Positions 52,290 to 64,000 of a stretch of 64,000 nt of DNA are shown in pieces (positions within the stretch are counted from its first letter, which is position 1; each line of letters begins with the position of its first letter). The DNA comes from Eledone cirrhosa. Lineage: Eukaryota. The position numbers and the translations under genes were made by a program. Location: positions 103,602,001 to 103,666,000 of the forward strand of contig OZ024740.1 in NCBI GenBank assembly GCA_964016885.1, given 5' to 3'. The notes under the pieces were generated by a model. The model saw only the letters and a program-made list of their open reading frames with translations, was not told the DNA's origin and ran no database searches.

Positions 52290-53330
52290 TAAGGTAAGAC
52301 AATAAGTGCTGTTTCACATGAAACAGATTTTCAAAGCTTTATGAATAAAAAAATTTAAGACCCGTGAGATTTTGGAAACAAATATTTTTTTTAAAAATCA
52401 AAAGATTTTGTCAGAAATCTTTTGACACCAGATGTAGGTTAGGACGAAAAAAAAAAAAAATAAAAACTCCAAGTAAAATCAGAAAAAATCAGAAAAAAAT
52501 TCAGAAAAAATATTCATTAAGAAAAAGTATAGAAACTGTTTTACAGAAACACTTTTTGAAAATTATCATGAAAAAAGGTTTGAAGACAATGGAGAGATAG
52601 GTATGTGTATATACATATATATATCTATCTGTGTGTGTATTAAACAAATTCTATCTATCTATCTATCTATATATATATATATATATATATGCGTGTGTGT
52701 GTATTTAGATTGATACAATGCTAAAAGCAGAGAAGTTTCTGTAATTATTTCGACCTTGTATGTATATAAATATGTGTGTATATATGTATATGTGTGTGTG
52801 TTTGTGTATCTGCATGAGTCTGCTGTTACCTTTGTGTCTGTGTTTATGTCCCATAATTTAGTAGCTCAATAAATAGTAATCAACAAAATAAGTATAAGAT
52901 CTGAAAAAATATGCACAGGGGTCAAAATTATAACTTTAAGTTGGTGACCCAGCATAACCACACTCTAATAGCAGTAAAAGAATAAATGTGTTTGGAGTTT
53001 TTATAAAACCTTTACCAAAATCATTTTCAAAGAAATTTCTGTCATCATTTTATTGTAAGAAGTGTTTCTGTATTTTTTCTAAATATTTTTATGATCTTTA
53101 TTTTCGTAATTATTTCTGATTTTCTCTGATTTTATGAGTTTTCTATGCTTTTTTTTGTCTTGGCTTACATATAACACCATAAAACTTTTTAACTAAAATA
53201 TTTTGATTTTTATCTTAAATATCAGTTTTCAGCAGCTACTGCCATTTTGAAACCTTAAAGTTCTTAATATTTTTTATTCATAAATTTCTAACAATTCATC
53301 TCTTAGGGAAACAATTTATTGCCTTACTTC
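52290..53330. repeat. Diverged inverted repeat pair (~52290-52587 / ~53005-53330)
   Basis: Matching arms such as tttatgaataaaaaaat / atttttttattcataaa, aaaatcaaaa / ttttgatttt and taaaatcagaaaaaatcaga / tctgattttctctgatttta. Confidence 0.55.
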
Positions 53331-53404
53331 AATAGAGTTCACTCTACTGTTTCTGTGTTAAGTACTTTTATAGTAGCTAGCTTTTATCAGACATCTTTTA
53401 CAGA

Positions 53405-53516
<112 letters not shown>

Positions 53517-54028
53517 AAGTGAAGCTAGAGCAAAAATGTTCCCTATTTCCCCTCGTTTGAAGTCAGTAATTTTCTTTTTTGATGCTCAGAATTTTCCCCC
53601 ATTTGCATTGCAATTCTTCAGGCAACATAAAGATCAATCTTCTTGTTGAACCGAAAGAAACACTGAGTAGAGATGGAGTGAATCAAACTTCAAATACAGA
53701 AAATAACTCTACTAAATAAACTCAAATACAGAAAATAAACTCTACTACATGTATTTAGTACTTTTTTACTTAATTGTTTACCTAAATATGTGTAGTTTGT
53801 GTAAAATTATATATAAAACCACTCAATACATTTAAGTTGGGTATAAACATTATTTTTACCTTTTTCCTTGTAAAAATACATAAATATATGCATATATATT
53901 ATATATAATATATTATATTTCATATATAAACATATGTATATTATATATATATATATATATTATATATTTCATATATAAACATATGCATATTATACATATA
54001 TTATATATATTTCATATATAAACAAATG

Positions 54029-54065
<37 letters not shown>

Positions 54066-57000
54066 CAAATATATGTATATACATCAATTACTGTTAGTGG
54101 AAATATAGCCACTATAATTTCGTTTATTATAGTTAGTGTAGCATGCATAAATACAGAAAATTTCACCATCTCTCTGACCTTTGACTTACCATTTGAATAT
54201 TAAATGTGAAGAGATGTTTAAGTAAAGAAATGTCTAAATATAAAGTATAACTTAGACAATTTGAGTGTGGGTCATTAGACTGAACTAGTATGCAGCATCT
54301 CAGCTGTATGATGATAGATGATAAACTAAAATAAACAAGGCTGGACGTTAAAACAAACTATCAAACTTGTGAGATTGAAACTGTTAAATTAACAAAATTC
54401 CAGTTCTTGTTGAGCATTCCGACCTAAGATAACTCTGTGCTTTCCTCTATGGAATTAAACTACTTTGGAAGCTAAATGTTTCAGCATAAAACAAAACAAA
54501 AAAATTTAAAACAACAAGGATAAAAACACAAAAACAAATGAAAAACAAAACAAAAAATGAACATGACAAAAACCATAGAACAATCCAACTAACGACAACA
54601 ACAGCAGCAACAACAAATATATTGCAGTAGCATGGCAGAGAAATTTCTGTTTAAATGGATGTATATAATTTAGATTTGAGAATATTTGGTTGGTGAAAAT
54701 GGCAGAAATGGTGAGGTGCTTCACTAAATGTCTTTGTATTCTTGCATCTATTCTAAGTTTGGACTTCAATTTCTGCTCAGGTTTATTTTACCTTTCATCA
54801 TTGAATGCCTATTCACACTTTTGATACCAAACTATCTGAAACTCTTTCTGATTTAAGATACAAATTTATTTGTTTTAAAGTGTATATATTTATCTAAAAG
54901 AAACTTTGTTAAGTTATGTTCCAAACAACAGCCTAAAAATGAGAAAGTTAGTTCTATTACTAATTCCCAACAAATTCTTGTTTATTTTCACAATTATTTA
55001 AAAATCATATGCAGTATCTTTTATTAGAAATGTAGTAATGAAATGATTAGATTAAGTACCAGTAATAAATTGTAGTTGCTATAACTGATTACTAAATTTC
55101 CTTTGAAGAACTAACCTAACTTGCTTCAGTAAGAAATCAATATTTCTAAAATATGAAAAAAGAGAAAGTCACTGTTAGACACCTAAGCTATGTGAAATTA
55201 TTTAGTAACCAATGTATCTCACTAAACTATCTTACAACCCACAGCAATCGTGATGAGAGATTGGCAGGTGTTGGGATTATAAGCACACTGAATATAATGA
55301 AGGAAAATATTGTAGAAAAAACTATATACAAATATTTGTTTTTTGTGTGTAGTTATGTCATCTGTTTGCATCCAGTTTCAGAATGACTACACTATGTCCC
55401 TGCACATCATAAGAGATGACTAAAAGCGTTGTTACCAGAAAGGGTATCCAGCATTAAATCATTGCCTGAAAAAGGACCCTTGGATGAGTATGACATAAGG
55501 CTAAACCCTGCTTTAGTAGTGAAAATGGCCTCAAAACACTTGTTTTTGTATAGTTAAGTAGTGTTGATGTAAATGCCATACAAGTGATCTACAGTATAGT
55601 TATGTACTATGATTTCTATACTGGTTACCTATACTAAAGTTATGTGCTAGTATTACTGATCTACTAATCTTAGAGTACAATACATCTGAACTCTAAAGCC
55701 TTAGTTTAACAACCAAACCGTCACTGAAGTACTAAATATAACCTTGAAAACGTTCATTCACAATAACTGTGAAACTAACCCAGTGTAAACTACAAGGAAA
55801 TATAAGCTGGAATTCCAACTTGGCTCCCAGAGCATTAAATGGAGAAGAGGTACATGTCTCCCTGGATGTTATACTGACCTATCCTTTTCTCACAACTAAA
55901 CTCAGCTATCAAATCATTCATCACTATGTTGCTGTTCATAATACAGGCAATTATATCACATTATAGTACCTACTTTTGTGGACAGAATTGTCGACAGTTG
56001 TCTAAGGACATCATCCCCACCACCACCACTATGATCAATACTGTGATATATACCACAATGTGATATTTACTTATAGTCAGGTGGACTGGGCTGTTGACAG
56101 GTTAAGTGTAGGTGATACTATATGAATCATCAACTTTTCAACCAACGACAACTTCTTTCTACCACTTCACTTTGGCATATATTGGAGTCTACAGGGAAGA
56201 AATTCCCAAAGTCACTGTAGGAAACCTACACTAGGGTGTAGAAATAAATGGTTGAGGTTTAGTGTGGTCAATATTCAAGGCTACATGACCTCAATCCAAA
56301 CATCTCATTTTCAGTGGCATAGATATTAATCTTGGAAAGTCTTATAACCCTATATTTCAGCAACACAAACATAACATAAGGAAAAGGAATCATCAGATTG
56401 GAACAAAGAAACTGTTTCCATTATTCTTTCTATTTCTGACACTACATGCCAGTCATAATTCAAGGCAAAAATGTCACATGTCACACTTCTATGTTGTATA
56501 TCTATGAGTTATACACTAACTGGATGTCACATAACCCACTTCATTGTCAATTTCTTATTTCTCTATCATATATCCCTCCTCAATGTCATATCTCTCCTCA
56601 GTGATATATATTTTACATCAGAGCTATATCTCACCCCAATGTCATAAAACTAATTCAGAATCATATATAGCACCTCAATACCATATATCATTTCTTAATA
56701 TCATATATCCCCTCTCAAAGCCATATATTTCACCAGTGAAAGATTCATTACATCTTGCATCATTGTTGTATATCTTGTTTGTAAACCTTACTTTCAAAAG
56801 CATTTGGGTGAACTATCATATCACTGCAGAGTATACTTGCTGTTATTAAAGAAGCAATCAGGACGATGAATGGGAGGGTAAATACACAGGGAACACCTCA
56901 GCCAGTACATATCAATAAAAAAAAACACAGAAGAGGTGGTAGATTTGGGGAAGAGGAAGAAAAAAAAGGTGAAAGACAACAAGGACAAGAAGAAGAAGCA

Positions 57001-58021
57001 GCAGCTGCCTAAAATATCTAGCTGTAGCAATAAGCCACCTATGATCAGTCATCAGCATCAGCATCATCACCATCACCAGCATCATCACTATGATCATCAG
57101 GTTCAGCACTTACCAGGGTTGTCAGCAGGAAATTTGCCTTGTTCTACAATGGTGGGAGTCCGAGGGATACAATATTCCAATATTCCATCATTCTTAGATA
57201 TTGTGTCTCTATGACAGTATTTAGCTTCAGTAAAGAGAAGAGTAAAACAGGGCATTAAAACCACCAATTCATGGGCTAGCAAGCTGGCAGGACAGTTAGT
57301 TTGTTAAAGCCGCTACGGCTGGCACAGCTAAACATTCTACAGTAAGTCTTCAGTATTTCTTCAGCTAATACATTGTAATAGTCAGAGATAGTTCATGCTA
57401 TTTTCACGTGGAATATCTTATGGACAATGTGGTATTCTGATAAACAATATAGTTGTCTTATGAATAATATTCTATGTAGGTTTATGAAAATATGTACAAA
57501 ATGACTAACATTAGAAGATGAAACATATTGTAGGGCATGTTGCAAATATCATAATGAAAACACTAACTGATATTTGTTTATAAATAAATATGTATAAATG
57601 TATATTATATATTAATAAAAGGAACTGAAACAATGCAAAAATTTGTTTATTTATAAAATAGATGACATTTTATTTTCTCCTGAGATGTTTCAAACATAGA
57701 AAAATTGTTATTCATGATGAAACAGGATTAATATAAGTTTTGAAAAAGTATTGAGAACTGATTTCATGGTTTCAAAATGAATAAGATATCTCAAGGTTTC
57801 AAATATCTTCAGAGAACACAAAATGCTATTAATTTTATTGAAACAAACAAACAAAATGTTTGCATTTTCCTGGATTTTTTTAATCTAAATATCAATTTCA
57901 AAATGCTTCATACATTTTTCCATAGCACACTCATATGACACATAGAGATGTTACAAACATATACACACACAGATACAAATCTACATGTTACACACACACA
58001 CACATATACATAATATATATC

Positions 58022-58340
58022 CATTCCCTTGCAGGGATTTTCAGAAACAAAGGGATTTTACTTCTGTAGAATACAGGTATAATTATTTCAAAATTATTTC
58101 AGGCAAACCTAAGCATTTGCATATTGTTCCAATAAGTATCATTGTTAAACTTCCGAAAGTTTGAATGAACATAAAGAAATATGTGATTGCAAAGACTGAA
58201 AGATAGAGGAAAAGAGTGTATTATTTGATGAAGCAAGAAAGGTGTTGAGATTACTTGAAATGCTCACCTACACAGTTCCATAAAAATATGTGTGAGCAAA
58301 CACTAGTAAACATAAAAGTTCATGTATGAATAAATGAATA
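58022..58340. repeat. Left arm of ~310-bp inverted repeat (partner 62560-62854)
   Basis: caaagactgaaagatagaggaaaagagtgtattatttgatgaagcaagaaaggtgttgagattacttgaaatgctcacctacacagttccataaaaat matches the reverse complement of ~62593-62690. Confidence 0.9.
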
Positions 58341-58347
58341 ACATCTA

Positions 58348-60400
58348 CGATGGTATATCACACCATAACCACCCATATTGTAACCCAGGTAATACAAAAT
58401 GGTGCTATACCCAATGATTGGCATAGCAGCAACATCATTAACTGCTACAAGGGCAAAGGTGATGCACTAGACAGAGGGAAATACAGGCATCAAACTGATA
58501 GACCAGGTCATAACAGTTACAGAAAGAGTCATTGTACAATTGATTATGCATTGAATTAACCTAAATGAGATACAGTTCAGATTTGTACCAGGTGACAGTA
58601 CCACAGATGTCCTCTTCTTTGTGAGGCAACTGCAGGAGAAGTACCTAGCTAAAAATAAACCTCTCTACTTAGCATTTTTCGACCCCGAGAAAGTTTATGA
58701 CAGGGACCCCTGTTCCGTAATCTGGTGGGCACTTAGGAAACTAGGGATAGATGAGTGAGTTGTGAGGGCAGTGCAAGCCATGAACAGAGGTGCAGTCAAC
58801 AAGGTTAAAATTAACAATAACTAAAGTGAGGAGTTTAGCTTGCAAGCTGGGGTCCACCAGGGTTCTGTCCTTAGCCTTCTAGTTTATTATTGTCTTCCAG
58901 GCTATAACAGAAGAGTTTAAAACAGGTTACCCTAGGGAACTCCTGTACATTGATAATCTAACTCTCATAGCTGAATCTATCGCAGAACTAGAGAAAAGAT
59001 TTCTGACCTGGAATCAAAAGGTCTTAAAGTTAACTTGGAAAAGACTAAAGTCTTAGTAAGTAGAAAGAAAAATAAGGCCTGAATCTCACACTGGGAAATG
59101 GCCCAGTTCAGAGTGTAGGAAAAAGATGGGTAAAAACTCTACCCTTTCTCCCAAATGCAAACTATAGGTACACAAGAGATATAGCAGTATTTCAGGTAGG
59201 CTAGCAAAGAATGTAGGTTTTACATGTGGTCGATGCACAGCAGCAGTAAGCAGCAAGTGGTCACAGGAAACAAACTCTATCAAATTCTTAGAGGGTTCCG
59301 TAGAAACAGTGGACAGCTTCTGTTATCTGGATGACTAAATTAACAGTGGAAGTGGGTGATCCAAAAGTACTGTAGCCAGAGTGAGAATAGGAAGGAGAAA
59401 GTTCAGGGTGTCACTGCTATCTACAAAGCGTTTTCCCCTAAAAATGAAGAGCAGATCATATGATGCATGTATATGAATGGCAACATACATGAATGGCAAA
59501 GCATAAATGAACCGAGAGAGAAACTGGGCATAAAAGGGATCTGATGTAGTGTGCAGGAGAGAAGATTGCGGTTGCATGGACATATGATGCATATGAAGAG
59601 TGACAGCTGAATAAAAAGGTGCAGGGCACTCAAAATTGATGGAAGCTATGGAATAGGAAGACTTAGGAATGCTTGGGTTGAGGTAATAAAATCTGACCTC
59701 ACAATTGCATCTTTCAAAGGCAATGACACAGGTTTGAGGTCTCTGGTGTTATGCAGTACTGCAGAAGACCTGCCTTCCCATGTACACCGGATAAAGCAAC
59801 ATCTCTAGAATGCATTACTTCTCCCCATCACCAGCTAAGTAACCCACCCTAGAGCTACCTTTCTAATCTCCCATCCTACATATGCACATGCCCTATCCCA
59901 CCCTAAACCTACCTCTCTAACCACCACACCCCACTTTCCACATCTGAAGCACCACTCTTGACCAACCCATGCATACAAGCATGGAAAGCTGGACACACTC
60001 TCCTACAATGCTGCTAAAATGGCTAAAAGCTCTATCCACCTAGTAAAATGGTCATGCTGGTGACACAACAAAAGCCCCTAGTCCACTATGTAAGGTGCTC
60101 ATGTTGGTGCCATGACAAAAGAGCACCTAGGCCTCCCTGCAGGTGGGGGAAATTGTGCTGATGACATAACAAATAATTACCCAGTCCACCCTATAAGGTG
60201 ACATGACAGGAGGCATCCGCCCCACACTGTAGAAGTGGTTGGTGTTAAGAAGGGCATCTAGCCATATAAACTAAGCCAGAAACAGTCCTCTATGAGCAAG
60301 ACATGGTCATCTGATTTGATTTGTCTCAATGAAAAAACTCATCTAGCTCATGTTAGCATGGAAAAATGGATGTTAAACAATGATGATGATGATAATGATA
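58348..60400 (+). mobile_element. RTE-clade LINE, 5'-truncated and decayed, with 3' UTR and (GAT)n tail
   Basis: IPNDW..S.IINCYKGKGDALDRGKYR, QFRFVPG..TTD..F.VRQLQEKYL, AF.D.EK.YDR, GVHQGSVLS, GLKVNL.KTKV, VDSFCYL. Confidence 0.88.
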
Positions 60401-60689
60401 TGTAAACTCTCCTCCTTTGTATTCCTATATTTACACATACAAATACTATGATCACACACATATATATGCACATAATTACACCTAGTTATACATATTATAT
60501 ATATGCATACATACACATATATAGAATTCAATTGATATTCATTAATTCTATGGCATGTGCATAATAGATGATGTATATAAATTTAGACAAGTTGAAACAA
60601 CTTCACAATCTTAATTGTTCAAAGTCATTGTTCCCAAAATTACACAATCTGTTTGGTAATTACATGTAGATTGATATCATCAATCTGGA

Positions 60690-61075
60690 TAATATTAATC
60701 TAAGGAAATGTTTATTAATATTGTAATTTCATTATTATATGTATGGTTAGTACCCTGAGTACAGCATATTTACATAGGTTTAACAGCCAACAGATTCAAC
60801 ATAAGATATCATAAGCACAACCATTCCTTTTGTATTCTAATTATAAGGAACATGACATAATTATTAGCTTTCATTTGGGGTTTGTAAAACAAAAATATTC
60901 AATATGAGTTTACACTGGAAGATTTTGGCAAAAGCCAGATCATATAACTGCAATAAAAAGCTGTGATTTATGTACTACTGAAGCATTAGATGTCCTTTTT
61001 GCTAAAGAGCATATCCTGAATAAGAAGTCAGAAATGATTCTGGCTTGTAAGAATAGGATATACAAGATCTATTTA
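60690..61075 (+). mobile_element. Penelope-like element GIY-YIG endonuclease remnant
   Basis: YIGLTANRFNIRYHKHNHSF...FIW.L..KNIQYEFTL/WKILAKARSYNCNKKSCDLCTTE...ILNKKSEMILACK, the characteristic PLE endonuclease C-terminus. Confidence 0.75.
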
Positions 61076-61469
61076 TATTGGATAATATAAATACCAAACT
61101 GATTGAGTATATTTTGAAGTGGTAAATATGGACTATTGAGATTGTGGACATCATAGTTTATACTCATAAATGTGAGTAAAATTATGGATATGCCATTCAA
61201 TTAATGATTAGGAATTGGATTTTATAGACACACACAGATGCATGTATATGGCCATTGTATTGGCACATGTTTATGAGTAAAAGTAGAAAGGGATGGGAGT
61301 ATATGTAAAATGGTTAGAGCAGGGCTCTAAAAAAATGAAATACTCTACTGCCACTACTACTAATAATAATTTCATTACTGGTTATAATGACCGAAACAAA
61401 GAACAATGTAAAAACAGTGACAGTGGGGATTTACATTAAACATGTAAAAACAAAGATAATAGGAAACAA

Positions 61470-62455
61470 TCTATATATATAAAACTGTGGTTGTCTGTCT
61501 GTCTATCGATTTTTGGCACACATCTCCTCTTAGAATCTCTGACGGAATTGCACCGAAATTGCTATACTTGTACATTGAGCCCTAGCGAAGACATCGGAAA
61601 AAAAATATTTCAAATTGACCCACCCTATGTGACGAAATCGAATATAATGTATCGATTTTTGAGCGTAAGTGATCAGTTATTTCCCTTTGTTCTGTTTACA
61701 TTGAGCGTCTTACGTAAAAAAATTACGCTGGCTTTCTCAGCGTTTAAAATGACATTAACACAATACACGAACAGTTGTCGAGCCAGCAAAATATTGACCT
61801 GCAAAATTCATCAGTTCGAACACTAAGCTTCCGTTTTGCTTCATTTCCATTTAAAAGCATTTTAAAACAATATTTTTACTTGAAAACAAGTCTATTTAAA
61901 GACTACGTAAAACAAGCAAATATTTCGTCGTTAGGCGTGCAGACAGACAGTCGTGCAGACAGACAGTCGTGCAGAGAGGTGATATACGCGTGCAGACAGA
62001 TAGTCGTGCAGAGAGGTGATATAGGCGTGCAGACAGACAGTCGTGCAGAGAGGTGATATAGGCGTGCAGACAGACAGTCGTGCAGAGAGGTGATATAGGC
62101 GTGCAGACAGACAGTCGTGCAGAGAGGTGATATAGGCGTGCAGACAGACATAACTGATAATTTGGTTACGCTAATGTTTTTCTCTGCGTTGCAGTGTTTA
62201 CATTTTCGATCTTTGTTAATAAATAACCAGTGCAGTTTCTATCCCCAGCATCCTCTTTTGTTATAACATTCGAGTTATCGTTATGTTTTCTTAACTTCAT
62301 AAGGCATATTGTTGGTTGAGGGAATATTAATCAAAAACACCACATGCAAGTCTGCACAGTAGACACTACAGTTTTTAAGCCAAGAAAGAAACTTAACATT
62401 GTAACTTTAACACAGCTACTGAGCGACCCCGAGCAACGCCGGGCTTTACTGCTAG
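61470..62455 (+). mobile_element. Non-autonomous Helitron
   Basis: A|TCTATATATATAAAA 5' end, (GTCT)n near the 5' end, 3' hairpin cccgagcaacgccggg and CTAG|T terminus. No TSD. Confidence 0.85.
61932..62150. repeat. 37-bp minisatellite inside the Helitron
   Basis: aggcgtgcagacagacagtcgtgcagagaggtgatat, about 5 units. Confidence 0.85.
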
Positions 62456-62559
62456 TTAACAATAAAAATAATAAGAGGAAGAATAATAATAATCATATTT
62501 ATTTACTTATCTTCCCACAATTCTATATTTATTATTCAAATTTAAATATTTGAATATTT

Positions 62560-62854
62560 TATTCATTTATTCATACATGAACCTTTACACACATTTTTAT
62601 GGAACTGTGTAGGTGAGCATTTCAAGTAATCTCAACACCTTTCTTGCTTCATCAAATAATACACTCTTTTCCTCTATCTTTCAGTCTTTGGACATATTTC
62701 TTTATGTTCATTCGAACTTTTGGAAGTTTAACAGTGATACTTTTTTGAATAAGATGCAAATGTTTAAATTTGCATAAAATATTTTTGAAATAATTATACC
62801 TGTATTCTACAGATGTAATACCCCTTTGTTTGTGAATATCCCAGTATGGAAGGG
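62560..62854. repeat. Right arm of ~310-bp inverted repeat
   Basis: Reverse complement of 58022-58340. Confidence 0.9.
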
Positions 62855-63014
62855 CACAATATTTCTGTTAAAAATTAATGTAGGCTCACTGTATTTACAC
62901 ATACACATCAATATACACATGCATATATGTATAGGTATATATTCATTATGTGTGTAAATATATACAAATACATACATATATCATACATTAATACACATAT
63001 ACATACATATATAT

Positions 63015-63910
63015 ATCATCATCATCATCATCAGGTTTAGCGTCCGTGTTCCACGCTTGCATGGGTTTGGACGGGGGTTTTCCCACTTGAGGCAAGAGTG
63101 TTTGTCTTGCTCGCATAGGACTGTCTGGCGGGTTTTCTACAGTTGGATGCCCTTCCTAACACCAACCACATTTACAGTGTGGGGCTGGGAGGTTTTTACC
63201 GTGTTGCCTACACGGCCACATTACAGCGTGGACTGTCTGGCGGGTTTTCTACAGCTGGATGCCCTTCCTAACACCAACCACATTTACAGTGTGGGGCTGG
63301 GAGGTTTTTACCGTGTTGCCTACACGGCCACATTTACAGCGTGGACTGTGTGTTTTTTTGTCGTGACACCTACACGATCTCATTTGTTTCGGCCTGGATG
63401 TTGTGGGACCAACATAACTTTACATTGAAAGGGGCGGTGTGGGTGGGGTGGAGGTGGTGGGACGGGGGTGTGTTTTGATAGAGATGCCTACTGACTGTAG
63501 TAGGTTTTTACTTTGTATTTAGGTAAGGCGGGTCTTCTCTATTACTGAGTACCGCCAAAGGTGTCGGTCCAGTGACATTGTCTTGGAGAGGTGTAAGCGT
63601 GTGAGGTCGGAATTTATCAGCTCGTCCCATGTTTTTCTGGGTCTGCCTACTCCGTGGCTACCGTCTATCTTTATTGCCCTGCACTTTGTTATACAGCTGT
63701 CGTCTTTCATGCGCATCACGTGACCGTACCAACGTAGCCTTCTCTCGAGTAAACAACATCTGATCCCTCTTATTTCTAATTTTTTCCTTAGTTCGTTTAT
63801 GCTTTGCCGTTCACGTATATTACTATTGCACATCCAGCGGAGCATGCAAGCTTCGTTCCTCTCTAGTCTGCGTATATCCTCTGCACACAATGCCCAGGTC
63901 TCACTGCCAT
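63015..63910 (-). mobile_element. RTE-clade LINE 3' end with 3' UTR (internal ~113-bp duplication) and (GAT)n tail
   Basis: YGSETWA..AEDIRRLERNEACMLRWMC...ERRLRWYGHVMRM...GRPRKTW. Confidence 0.88.
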
Positions 63911-64000
63911 ATATATATATATATATATGACAGCGTGTATTTTTTATTTGGGAGAACTGCTGTATTCTAATCTACCAGTCTCTTCTTAGCGCTGAGGGAG

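Noticed and set aside
54190-54279. Possible 90-bp exon ending at a strong GTAAGT donor
   Set aside because: The open frame is phase 0 and incompatible with the phase-1 CaMKII acceptor. No similarity to CaMKII.

Overview
AT-rich, repeat-dense animal genomic DNA. The tRNA-derived SINE families and huge (TA)n tracts are most consistent with an octopod cephalopod (inference). Three minus-strand host genes are visible. (1) Three exons of the mitochondrial cysteine desulfurase NFS1 (2638-5104); the gene continues off the left edge. (2) An uninterrupted ~662-aa Ser/Arg/Pro-rich orphan ORF (19822-21810) with a polyA signal just after its stop. (3) The last two coding exons of CaMKII (hub domain; 48082-48196 and 46227-46347); the rest lies off the right edge. 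The remainder is mobile DNA: a CRE-clade non-LTR retrotransposon split by a full-length but mutated Ty3/gypsy (Mag-like) element, RTE LINE pieces, Helitron pieces, MITEs, SINEs, Penelope-like remnants, an ~8 kb (TA)n field and a ~2.3 kb 32-bp satellite. The most striking unannotated signal is several unrelated fold-back elements inside the (TA)n field, each carrying a hammerhead-ribozyme-like core. Two have the compensatory U3-A8 core and a palindromic, dimer-type stem III. All calls were read by eye, and repeat boundaries are approximate.
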